Assembly (NCBI GenBank): GCA_002269645.1
Contig: NIVC01000744.1
Coordinates: 213,251 to 277,250, forward strand
DNA from: Macrostomum lignano
Taxonomy: Eukaryota
Direction: 5' to 3'
Length of the DNA: 64,000 nucleotides
Shown here piece after piece: positions 48,020 to 62,574 of this stretch. Under the pieces are notes generated by a model, which saw only the letters and a program-made list of their open reading frames with translations, made no database searches and was not told the DNA's origin. How positions within the stretch are numbered: the first letter of the stretch is position 1; the number at the start of each line of letters is the position of its first letter. Both the position numbers and the translations under genes were made by a program.

Positions 48020-48979
48020 TCAACTTCTCCTGGGAGAATTCGGTAACAAAGTAATCCAATGAAAGCCTGAACGGGGTTGAAGTGAGCTGTGCAAAATCAG
48101 CTTATTCTGACTTTGCTTTTTGGATCTACAAGTATTGATAAAATTTATTTTTCTCCATCCTTTAGACACACAGACTAAAATAGCCTGACTGGTTGGGCTG
48201 CAAAGTCTGATTCTATTTTGACAGAGTTGCTTCAAAACTGACACTCCATGGTTTGTGTACCCAAAAAGTCCGCTTCATTTTTGACAACTCCGAATCAATA
48301 TTGAACAGTTAACAATCGATTTTGACTAAGACATTTTTTGAAATAGATTTTGACAATTTTTACTAAGTTAAACCATACATGTACTCGTAGATACATGCAG
48401 CCAGTACCCCTTCTCCCAAATAGCAAGTACCCCCCCTCAAGAGAGAAATCTTAGTAAAAATTGTTAAAATCTATTTCAAAAAATGTCTTAGTCAAAATTG
48501 ATTGTTAACTGTTCAATATTGATTCGGAGTTGTCAAAAATGAAGCGGACTTTTTGGGTACACAAACCATGGAGTGTCAGTTTTGAAGCAACTCTGTCAAA
48601 ATAGAATCAGACTTTGCAGCCCAACCAGTCAGGCTATTTTAGTCTGTGTGTAAAGGATAGAGAAAAATAAATTTTATCAATACTTGTAGATCCAAAAAGC
48701 AAAGTCAGAATAAGCTGATTTTGCACAGCTCACTTCAACCCCGTTCAGGCTTTCATTGGATTACTTTGTTACCGAATTCTCCCAGGAGAAGTTGACTAAA
48801 CGTGCATTGTCAAAATTGAACCAGAGTTTGTCAAAATTGAACCAGAGTTTGTCAAAAATGAAGCTTGATCTGTCAATATTGATTGTAGATTTTGAGTGCC
48901 CGACCATAGAGTGTCAATATTGAAGAGGAGTTTGTCAGTCTCGAAGTTCTCCTTGTTCAAAATCGAGGGTAAAATGGTA
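47857..48979. mobile_element. Foldback MITE: non-autonomous DNA transposon with about 510-530 bp inverted arms and an 82-bp spacer
   Basis: The left arm (47857-48367) is a near-perfect reverse complement of the right arm (48450-48979); the right arm has one extra 21-bp duplication. Ends are CACCATTTTACCC / GGGTAAAATGGTA. A TA duplication lies at 47855-47856 and 48980-48981. Internal TTTTGACA and TCAATATTGA motifs are repeated. Confidence 0.9.
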
Positions 48980-49295
48980 TAATGACTGACGTCAATGGCA
49001 ACTGCGCGAGTCTTTGGCTGATGCTCGAGACAGACACTTTGATTGACCACTGAACTTGTTCACCAATATGAGTTGAAAACACAGTAATTTGAGTCTTTGG
49101 ATTGGAGCTTATAATACCTTTTAGATCTCAAAAGTGGAGCAAAGCTTTAACTTATGCGTTGTTACAATCGCAAAAATCGTGAAAAAATACAAAAACATCA
49201 TGGGTTGCAATCGATTAGCATTACTGTCCATTCCGCCCGACTTCCCTGAGCAGGCGCACTCGGATACATACGCAGTCGTATGCACAGGCACACAC

Positions 49296-52379
<3,084 letters not shown>

Positions 52380-53114
52380 GTTGTTGTTTATAATCTTGGC
52401 ATAGTGACTGCAGGGCACGTTAATCCGCAAGGTAATCCGATATCCATGCTGGCGCGACCTGCCGGAGCCAGAAAACAATTTGCATACTGAATGAAGAGAC
52501 CTCCACAGCAGCCAAAGCCCAGAGGCCGTCGCGGGAGAGACTGGCGGTTTTGTGGACTCAGAGCTGAGCAGCTGGAATCCTTAGCTGAGCTCATCTGTCG
52601 AAGTCTTCCTACTTCAACGGCTCAGCGGCCCACCCACTAGGATGAGGTTACGAAGAGCTGCAAGTTCCTTTCGAACAGAATTTCTGCGCTAAAGTGCACC
52701 AGATTTGATTAGGGCCGGGTTTCACAGCAAAATGCACCAGCGAGATCGGAAGCCTTCAGTTTTTTTAGAGTTGAACTGACATTGTCACTCGTTTGCTCAT
52801 GCGTGTGGCAGGAGATACTTTGTCGAAAAAAAACAGAAAAAAGAGGCGACTGAGGCAGCAGGCTGATACGAGCCAAGCTTTTTTGAAGTGCTGCATGGAC
52901 CTCCTGTTGGATAGTTGGTTTGCAGATATGTACATCTGCCATGTACATCTGTTTGCCGATATTGATTTGTCGCAGCTAAATGAATATATAAGTATAAATA
53001 TACCAGTCGGAAGGCCAACTTAGTCTAAGTTCGTGTGTACCCCAAAATCAGCCTGACTCTCTCAACACAATGCCTTTTGGAGACTCGCCCACAATGCCAT
53101 CACTTGTGATGAGC

Positions 53115-53570
53115 CATCAAATCAGATCATGCAACCGTCAAATCAGATCATGCACCATCAAATCAGATCATGCAACCATCAAATCAGATCATGCAACCAT
53201 CAAATCAGATCATGCACCATCAAATCAGATCATGCAACCATCAAATCAGATCATGCAACCATCAAATCAGATCATGCACCATCAAATCAGATCATGCAAC
53301 CATCAAATCAGATCATGCAACCATCAAATCAGATCATGCAACCGTCAAATCAGACCATGCAACCATCAAATCAGATCATGCAACATCAAATCAGATCATG
53401 CAACCGTCAAATCAGACCATGCAACCATCAAATCAGACCATGCAACCATCAAATCAGATCATGCAACCATCAAATCAGATCATGCAACCATCAAATCAGA
53501 TCATGCAACCATCAAATCAGATCATGCAACCGTCAAATCAGATCATGCAACCGTCAAATCAGATCATGCC
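53115..53570. repeat. 21-bp minisatellite (CATCAAATCAGATCATGCAAC)
   Basis: About 22 units. Confidence 0.95.
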
Positions 53571-54120
53571 CTTAGAAGTACAAAGTGGAAGCCGTGCCAA
53601 TTCGCCTCACACTGCTTGTGGTCGGTGACCCATGCTTACTAATGGTGGTAGTTGTTATGAGCCACCAGAAAATACAAAAATATCAAAGCGCAACTCAGCT
53701 GTGCTGTTAAAACTGGGTTTTCTGAGGCCGTTTATTTATTTGTCTTGTGGTTTCGATTTCTCTCTAACCAATGGGGCAAATGTGCTTTGAGTCTTAGTTA
53801 ATTGGGGGAGGGGCAGAGAGGAATCGCGACACCCCAAAAGTACAAACGGTTAATCTTTAAGATAGCAAAGCCTATTTCAACTAACAGAAGAGTTGCTAGA
53901 CTGACAACACAGAGAGTCACAGAGTGTACTGCTTGAAGCATTTGATACGGTGCCAAGGTGCATTTATAATCATATTCAGATTCCAACTCGCGCATTATAC
54001 CAATGCCGTGGATTGCAAACTGGTGGCCGGACAGTTAAGATCAGCAAGTCAGCAAATCAGCGGGCAGGGAAACCGTCTTAGAATTCCGACGACTTTTCAT
54101 ATTCTCGATGAGGAATGCGC

Positions 54121-54425
54121 TCAGATTCTGTTGCTGGGCACCATCTCACAGGCGCTGTCCAGCACGGTGGTGTCTCTCTCAGCAGTGCCCGCGGTCACAG
54201 TGCAGGTGCACATCACCGCCAGCTTGTTTCGGAATGCGGCGCTGGTGGCGCAGAAGATCACAAAGTAGCTGCAGCTGAACAGCGAGATCACCAGGTCCTG
54301 CAGGTTGATAAACAGCGGCGACTCCGCGCCCACCCGGTCCAGCAGGATCAGCGGGCCCTGCAGCACCACGAACAGCAGCCCGATGATGAGCACCACCTGT
54401 GAGCTGCGCCACGACCAAGTCAACC

Positions 54426-54457
<32 letters not shown>

Positions 54458-55203
54458 AGGGCGGCGGAAACCGATAAGTCGGCGTCCCCCTCCGCCTGCT
54501 GATCGCCCGTCTCGCAGGCGGGGCTCCGTCGCCAGGCGCAGGCCACCAGGGCGGCCAGCGCAGCCACGCATGGCACGGCCAGGAGCGGCGGCACGCCGAA
54601 CTCCAGAACGTACAGCACTCGGTGGATGAGCTCGTGCTGCTCCTCGCTGATGTAGTCTTTGCGGAAGTACTCCGGGATCTTCTCGGCCACCAGACGGACG
54701 AGGCCGAAGCTGGCCCCGACCAGCAGGCAGAGGCTGTACAGGCCGCGCACGAAGCGCCGAGCGGCCAGGCGGTGGGCCAGCGCTCGGAAGCGCTTGGCGA
54801 CGCCGTGCAGGCAGACGAGGCAGACGAGCCACCACTGGCGCACGAACAGCGAGCTGTGCTTCAGGCTGCCGAAGCTCGCCAGGGCGACCAGCACGAAGAA
54901 CTTCTGGTGCTCAGGCGGGCTGCTTCGGCTGTGGTCGTCTCGGCCGCCGGTGTGCGAAGCCAGAAACAGCACCGAGAAGAGCTGGGAGGTCACAGTGAAG
55001 CCCAGCTCAGCGTAGCTCAGGTAGAGCAGACTCAGCAGGCTGGTGTGGGCGCGGCGCTTCCGGCAGAGCTTCCTGAGCAGCAGGCAGTTCAGCAGGTTGA
55101 GCACGATGGCTGCGGAGTTGAGGATCAGGCGGCCCACCAGAACCAGGCGCCAGACCTCGAAGCCGGGGGCGGCGGGGACCAACAGCTCCTCGTCGTGGCT
55201 CAT
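54121..55203 (-). CDS. Single-exon orphan 7-transmembrane receptor, divergent rhodopsin-like (class A) GPCR, about 360 aa
   Basis: Seven hydrophobic segments. TM1 LNSAAIVLNLLN, TM2 LSYAE, TM5 FGVP, TM6 FVVLQGP, TM7/H8 SYFVIFCATSAAFR. A poly-Q tract lies in ICL3. The first in-frame ATG is at 55203; the ORF track starts at a TTG at 55230. Confidence 0.8.
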
Positions 55204-57518
55204 CTCAGGCGGCAGCTCAGCCCTCCCCAAGATGCAGCATTGGGCTTTTTAAACTGAGCCCCTCAGCCTGCCGCAGCTTCGTGTGAGAGGGGAGACGAGA
55301 GCCAGCCAAGAAGGGGGAAAATGAGACCCCCAAAAAATCTACTCAAGCTCCGGCCGGCTCACTCAATTCTTCCCATTTTTTTCTCTCCCCTTCTGCCATC
55401 CGCTTGAATCCAGTTGGCTCCTGGCAGCTGGGTAAACCCATTCTCTCCCGCCTGAGTCCTCTCCTCCGCTCTCTACCCGTCTCACCATTTCCAGAGAGCG
55501 GATGCCGCAGACTGGCCGGTCCGGAGGGGAAGAAATTCCTCTTCTTTTGGCCGAATGGTCGAAAAAAACCCGACGGCTCAACTGCGGGAGCCGCGTGGCG
55601 ACAAGCGGCCCCGGGGGAGACGGAGTTTCTCTCCAGTGGATTTCAAGTTTTGCTGCTGCCTCCAGAAGACCCGGCAATGAATAATTCATGAGCGAAGGCG
55701 TCGATGCTGAGTCGATACTCAGACCACCGACCCCCGATCAGCCTGCCAATAATCGGGCGTCCCCCCCCCACCGAGTTCCTAAAGCCTCTGGCCTCCGTCA
55801 GTCCTCTTGGGATGCCAAACTGGCAATAGATAAATGGCAAACAACATCTGGGACCCACTGCCCTAAGGCCCTCCGCCCGGGATCCCCATTTTGCGCAATG
55901 AATTCCAGCTGTTCAACACAAAGCTGTGCACAGATCGCTGGGCCTTCAGCGGCTGGGGGGCGGCCCGACTTGGCGGTTTGTCCTGCCGCAGGGCGTGCAT
56001 TATTGATGAAGGCCAACCCCACACTGGCATGGGAAGCACTTTCGCATTGCTTGCACTAACTTAGTACTTGGGTGTTTCCGATGCTTAAAACTGATCAGCC
56101 TTTCAGTTGGTTGTTCATTATCGGTCAGAGTAACCCAACTGCCCGGCAGGACTGCTCAGCGGTAACTCGTCCGTCCGTCTCTCGCACCAGTGATCTCTCT
56201 CTGCATGGATGCCAATAAGGGCCTACCCCCAGGGCCCAGTGTGCGCAGGAGGTACTCGCACAGTGTACCTCAGTACCTAATGATGAGACGGTCGTGGACA
56301 CGCGTGCTCCGGAGTCAGTGGAACTGACGTATAACAGCAAAATTGTCGTCTGGCTGCAGGTTGACTGTCGCCTAGTTGACTTGCGGTAGTAGCCAAGGCG
56401 CTCTGTGGTTAAGTAAAGCGTTAAGTATTATTATTTATTAAAAAGCCACCAGACAATATAGGTTCTTCTTTAGCCAATCCCGCCATATATTCTCACTGCT
56501 TTTCTATTGAGCAGGTCCGATTTCGCAGGACGAAATCAATAACAGTTTCGGCTTCCTGAAGCCAGACACTGCACTTAGCGTTGACTTCTACTGTTATGAA
56601 TTTCTGTTTGCTCAAGCGCAGCTTAAAGCAGTCAAATTTCATCTAATACAGAAGCAGATGTGCCGGTCGCCAGATGTGCCACCATATTTTCCGACCGAGA
56701 GCTCAAATACTGCGAGGCCTAAAAAAAGCAATCCCGCATCGCACATTTGTTGGCGGTTAGAATTTGAGCGGTGTGGGACAGCTGCAGCTCGCTCGGGCCA
56801 GGGCTAGCTGTGTTGAAATCCAAGCCGACAACTATATATGGTTGATGCGAAGCATCTGCGCAAAATCACCAAATTGCCAGCCAGGGCGATGATGGCTTGT
56901 CCGCGAGTTTCCGTATGTTGTGTATTCTGCCTGCTGTCTACATGTAGCATAGATGCAGGATGATTAACATTGAAACCGGACTGCATGACTACACTACGCT
57001 CGTATAATAGCGGTTAGCTGCCATTCACGCAAATGCAGAGTAGCTGCATGCATTAATTTTCTATGCACTTTGGCGAGCCAGACTAATTGTTTTCGAATTC
57101 ACGAAGGGAAGCTGGGAAGTGGCTTTTTGCTAGATTTACTCCATTAGTAAACAGCCTCACGTACAAAAACGTCCGTACCCCAAAGGCAACAAGTGCAAAT
57201 CCAAAAGGGGTGGGGGCAAAAGGATGCTGCATGGTGCTTAGCTGGAGCCCATCTGATGCTAAGCCCTTGGTGCTAAAGGCCCTGCTGCTATGGAAAGGCA
57301 CTGCAACAGTAACCACTAGCACTACCGCTAACCAGAAAGCGAGCCTTAATTTATTTCTCAACACGAAAAAAATATTTCAAACTTATTCAATACAAAAAGT
57401 AAGGCCGCACATATACTAACAACGCTTCGAAAACTTTAAAAACTCGTGTCGTCATTTTCATTTTGTTGCCTTTATGTTCAACATTATAATATTTATTTGC
57501 ATTTGTCTTAATTTATTT

Positions 57519-60500
57519 GCACCACGGTGCAGATAAATGCCGCTACCTCCTCGTGGTCAGAGCGGAGAGCCGCGCTTAACTGCTGCGGCGGCCAAATGCG
57601 GCAGGACCAAGCGAGGGCAGCGGAGCGCCCGTCGGCGTGTTGAGCGGAACCGATGAGGCCGGCTGCGTGGCGCCGCCCGTCGAGCTGTCGCGCGGGTCCA
57701 CTCGGATCCTCCGGGTGGCGCCGGGGACCGTGAGGCTCAACTGCATCGAGCCCAAGCTGTACCACAGGGCATGCTTCGGGTCGGGACGCTGAACTGCCGC
57801 ACTCTCAAGGCTGCTTGGCGTAGAGGGGTGCTGGCGACATCATCTCGCTGCAGGAGGTGTCTATCAAGGCCGACCCGGGACTTCATTGTGAGGACTTGGG
57901 CGCCGGGTGGACCCTCTACTATACTTCTGCGGACCAGCGAGGCAGTGGAGGAGTTGGAGCGCTGATCGGGCCGAGGCTGCAGCAGAGCTGTCGCTGCGTC
58001 TCCCTGTCCCCCGGTTGCTTCGGATCGACGTCCGGCTACGCAGTCGGAATGCTCGCCTGTTCTGCGCGTACGCGCGCCCTGCCACACGCCCTGACGAGGC
58101 TCAAGAGTTTTTCGAGCAGCTCTCAGTGCAGGTAGAGGCGATGGCGCAGCGTGACACAGCGGTCGTCCTCGGAGACCTGAACGCAGTCCTGCGTAGGTCC
58201 GAGAGGTCGCTGTTCGTGACGCCACGCGGGAACAACAACACCGAGGCACTGGAGGACTTCCTGGAGAGGCAGGACATGGTGTTGGCACACACCCGCTTCC
58301 GCAAGCCACTGAGCGGTCTCGCAACCTTCGTGGGCTGCAAGCGGAGGCGACGGAACGCGCGTGGCAGGAACGCAACCCGGAGAAAAGCACAGCTCGACCA
58401 CGTGCTCGTGCGTTTCCGTGAGCGTCGTCGCGCCGTCAACTGCCGCACCATCAAGCCGCTGGCTCTGCGGTCCGATCACCGGCTCCTCATCTGCGACCTC
58501 AACCTTCGCGATCCGCTCTACCGTCCGCCGAAGCGGCCACCGCGGCGCTACTACCGCGCGCTCAGAGCCACCGATACGCAGCGTTGCTTTGCTAGCGCCT
58601 TTAACACTGCGCTGGGCGACAAGCGTGGAAATGCCGAGTATGCGGAAGTGTGCGCTGCAGTCAGAACCGCCTCGGAGCAAGCAGTCCCGATGATGCAACC
58701 GGCTCAACGTGGGCAGCCGGTCTGGCAGGACGACCCTGCGATTCAGGCAGCGAGGGAAGATCTGGAGAGGCTCCGCTTGAGCAGGTGACCAACCCGCGAG
58801 GCAGAGGCAGCTCTGGCGGCTGTCTACCTGCAGCGCCAACAAGCGGCTGTCGATGACGCCATTCAGGCTGTCTCTGCCGCTGGGCCGATGCCAGAGGGCG
58901 CGTGGCCTGGTCCGCCATCAACGCTCTGACGGGGCGAAAGCGGCGCAATCCGCTGAACCTGGCTGGTGACACTCCGGATGAGCGCAGGAACGAGCTGCGC
59001 GAGTTCTTCGCCGCCATCGTCAACGCGCCGCCACCCCCGCTGCCAGACAGTCTGACGCTGCCGCCGGAACGCCGTTGCCGGCAGAGGAGAGTTTCAGCGT
59101 AGGCCCAGTCAACGCAGCCGACGTTGTCAAGCTCGCCCAGCAGTCACCGGGCGGGAAAGCGCTGGGTCCGGACGAGGTGCCCATCGAGGCGCTGCGCATC
59201 CCCTGTGTGGCCGCTGAGGTCGCCAGAGTGATGAACCGCGTGCTCTTCGGTGAGGCGGCGCCCAACGAATGGACCACGGCGCACATCGTTGCTGTTCCAA
59301 AGAAGCCGGGCACCACTAGGCCGGGCACCACGGGCACATCTGCCTTCAGTCCTGTGCAGCGAAGCTGTTCAACCGGATGCTGCTTTCGCGGTTGCAGCCC
59401 GTGCTGGATCCGTACCTGCGCCCAGAGCAGAACGGGTTCCGGCCCATCGCGGCACAGTGGCGCAGATCCTGGCTCTTCGCCGAGTCATCGAGGAGGCGCG
59501 GATTCGCCAGTCGATCCTGATTTTAATCTTTATTGATTTCAAGAAGGCATTCGACTCGGTTGTCAGAGCCGTGCTTCCAATGGTGCTCCGCGCGTACAAC
59601 GTGCCCGAGCAGCTGATCTCCGCCATCATGGCGATGTACCGTGATACGACAGCTGCTGTGACAACACCGGACGGCCTATCGGACTCCTTTGAGACATCCT
59701 CCGGAGTACTTCAGGGAGATACGCTGGCGCCGTTCCTGTTCGTCCTGGTGCTTGACTGGGTGCTGCGGACTGCTCTTCCTACCGACGACGACGGTTTTCT
59801 GCTGCGGCGACGCGTAGGTCGACGTCAACCGGAGAAGCGGCTCAGCGTGCTTGGCTACGCCGACGACCTCGCCCTGCTGTCCTCGACCGTCGAGGGCGCC
59901 CAACGGCAGCTGGACAGGCTAGTTGCCGTTGCGGCGAGTGTCGGCCTGGTGGTCAACACACAGAAGACCGTTGTGCTCTGCGTGCCGGACGACATCGAGG
60001 CTGCAATTTATTCTGCCGAGGCGCTGACGGGCAGGCGACCGAACTCCCGCGATGTCAGCAGTTCGTCTACCTCGGCGGTCTGGTTCCAGACGCTCGCGAG
60101 GACCTGCGACGCCGCCGCGGGCTTGCCTGGGCTGCCTTTCGTTCTGTGAGGGAGTCCTGCAGTCGAGGCCCTACCGGACCGCCAGAGGGCGGCGCTGTTC
60201 CAGGCGGTAATCGAGACCGTCCTGCTGTACAACGCCGAGACCTGGACGCTGACGGACTCACTCGAACAGCAAGTCGATGCGGCGCACGCTGGTCTGCTGC
60301 GCGCCGCCTTCAACATCGGCGTCGAGCGAGTCACCAACGCGGCACTCTATCGCCGCGCTGGCCTGCCACGTCCAAGTGATCTACTGCGCCGTCGGCGACT
60401 CCAGCTCGCAGGCCATCTCATCCGCGCCGAGTCGTACTGCCCACAGCCGGTGCAGGAGGTGCTGCTGCTCACGCTGCAGGCACCCTACCGGCGAGGTCAA

Positions 60501-60608
60501 GCGCGAACTCGGCGTTATGTCGACTGTCTGCTGGCTGACGCCGGCGCCCCGGACACTGCCGGTGGCGCGGCCTTTGTTCGCGCCCAAGCCATGAAGCGCG
60601 CCCTGTGA
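57519..60608 (+). mobile_element. RTE-clade non-LTR retrotransposon (APE endonuclease + reverse transcriptase), near full length, inactivated by multiple frameshifts and a stop
   Basis: APE motifs: MLRVGTLNCRTLK (57771), SGGVGALI, LFCAYA, VVLGDLNA, QLDHVLVR, SDHRLL. RT motifs: ALGPDEVP, IFIDFKKAFDSV, GVLQGDTLAPFLF, GYADDLALL, GLVVNTQKT, FVYLGG. The C-terminus ends MKRAL-stop at 60606-60608. The coding frame is split over several ORF fragments. No TSD was identified. Confidence 0.92.
57538..57603 (+). ncRNA. HDV-like self-cleaving ribozyme core at the RTE 5' end (P1 5' strand missing)
   Basis: P2: TGCCGC 57538-43 / GCGGCA 57598-603. P3: ACC 57545-47 / GGT 57555-57, closing the L3 loop TCCTCGT. 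P1 3' strand: CAGAGC 57558-63. P1.1: GG 57564-65 pairs with CC in L3. P4: GCCGC 57569-73 / GCGGC 57585-89. J4/2: GGCCAAAT, with the candidate catalytic C. Confidence 0.7.
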
Positions 60609-62574
60609 CGCTGACTTTTGCCATCTTGACAGCGTATTTTGTTGTTGTTGTTATTACAATTACCACTAACACTATGCTCATCTTGGTAGTAGTGCATACT
60701 TTTGTTCACAAGCACTTACTTTCGCGTCGAAAACTTTTTCAATTGTATTCAACCAACTAGATAATTTTAGCAAAGTCTTCGGTAGCGCCTTAATACTTGT
60801 TTACACTGCCATCTTTCATTACTTTAAATAAATCGAATAATACGAACCACAAATGTTGCACTAATATAGAGTACGAATAGGAAAGAGCCTTTAAAAGTAA
60901 TTCGTATGCATCGTTAATGAAATTCCTGCAATTCAAAAAATTGCAAAATAATATTTTTCCAAGAAGAAAGAATTCAAGTCAAAATTTAAAATTATGTTTC
61001 CTTTGGCCTTAGGCTTCATTTTTTGTTACTTACTAATTATTAAACACAAAATAAATGCAACCATTTGTTCCTATCAGATTTTTTCAACAGAACTCTGTTT
61101 AATTTTAAGCTACGGCTAAAACAATAAAAAGTAAAAAACTGTCCTAGCAAAACGTGTGGCCCACAAAATAATGAGGCAGACAGTGTGGGTGAGGCAGAAG
61201 AGGGGGTGGCTCTGGCTCAGTATTCATGTCTAAATATTGCATAGTCGCTTTGCAATTTTTCCAGGTTCTTCAAAAGATTTGGATGTCCCAGTAAAAGTCC
61301 ACTTAGGTAATAGCCACTTTGGTAATAGTATATTTTGGTATGCTGAAAAATTAAGTGTTAGGTTAGTGCTAGCTAAGAAAGATAGGAAATAAATTGAAAA
61401 TGTACTCTAATCTACATACTCACACACTGCAAGGTTCAAATTCAAGTAGAAATATTTATACATTATGTTTAAGCTGATTAATATTACCAAATATGGAAGA
61501 TACTAAGCCTGACATCTTGGCTCCTTGCAAATGCAAGAATAATATCAGTGTTTATTCATACATCCCCATGCTAATCCTGATAATATTATCCACATGATGC
61601 CATGCCAATAGTGCCCTGCTTATTTGCATAATAGCTAAAGCTAAATAACAATATTATGCAATATATTAACTTCTTGTGGTTGCTATTCAAATTCTCTATA
61701 CTGGAGTTGAGTAAAAGAAATTGAAACAAAGACGCTGCCAGGGCAATCAGGTTTAATATTTGTGTAGGTTAATATAGGTTGACTGTAAATATTATAATAT
61801 TAATGATCTAGTTAGATTAGGTGCACACACTGGCTCACTAACTCACTTAACTATTATATATTGGATAATATTAGTATTGGGATTGGGCTAATTATAATAA
61901 TAATAGTTGCAATATTAACTACACTCTAAGTGAACTTAAATAATGTAATATTCTAGTATAAGTCTATGTCTACGGCAAGTAGTGTGACATCTATGTCTAT
62001 GATGAAGTGTCTAAAGGTTAGGCCTATTTGTAGCCACCTGAGAGACCAATTGTACAATGCATGCCTAACTGGTTTAAACTGGTTTTACCTTATATTTGCA
62101 TACAAAACACTATTCAAAACAAATAATATAATAAAAATTACAGTAAGTAAATAGTTGGTATATTACATTCCTAGAATATGTTACATTAGTATAAATTCTT
62201 AAAAAATACTAGCAATACAAATATAAATGCATATTTCATTACACATATAATGTTATATTATTTACACTTTGTATTTTTATTTTTATTGGGTTTCATAAGG
62301 ACCTATTTTGATTAATAAGCAGAGGGCTTATCTTTACCCTTCTAGTCTAGTTAGATATTTTCAATGATATAAGTTATAATATTATATGATTAATAATTCT
62401 TAGACATATTTGTAATAAGCTATAGGCCTATGAATGTTTAGATTTACTTCTCTTTGAGCATATTCTAATTTGGTTAAATTTGTGCATTAACTTTGTAAAA
62501 AAAATTAAAGGCAGCAAAGAACATTAAGCAATTGTTGAAAATTGAAATTTGAAGTAAGTAATTATAAAGGAAGT

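Noticed and set aside
52709-53000. Possible decayed reverse-transcriptase fragment on the minus strand (LPQSPLFSVFF, KASDLAG)
   Set aside because: The resemblance to the SPLLF and YADD motifs is too weak to support without a profile search.
54115-55257. Overlapping alternate-frame and antisense ORFs over the GPCR, RCC1, DGK and RTE coding regions
   Set aside because: Expected shadow ORFs of GC-rich coding DNA, with no recognisable motifs.
56398-56405. GCGCTCTG as the missing P1 strand of the RTE ribozyme
   Set aside because: It is about 1.1 kb upstream, beyond an apparent (TAT)n element end, and a 6-7 nt match is expected by chance.
57523-57529. CACGGTG at the RTE 5' end as another Chapaev terminus
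   Set aside because: The match stops after CACGGTGC, there is no partner TIR, and it lies in the ribozyme J1/2 hairpin.
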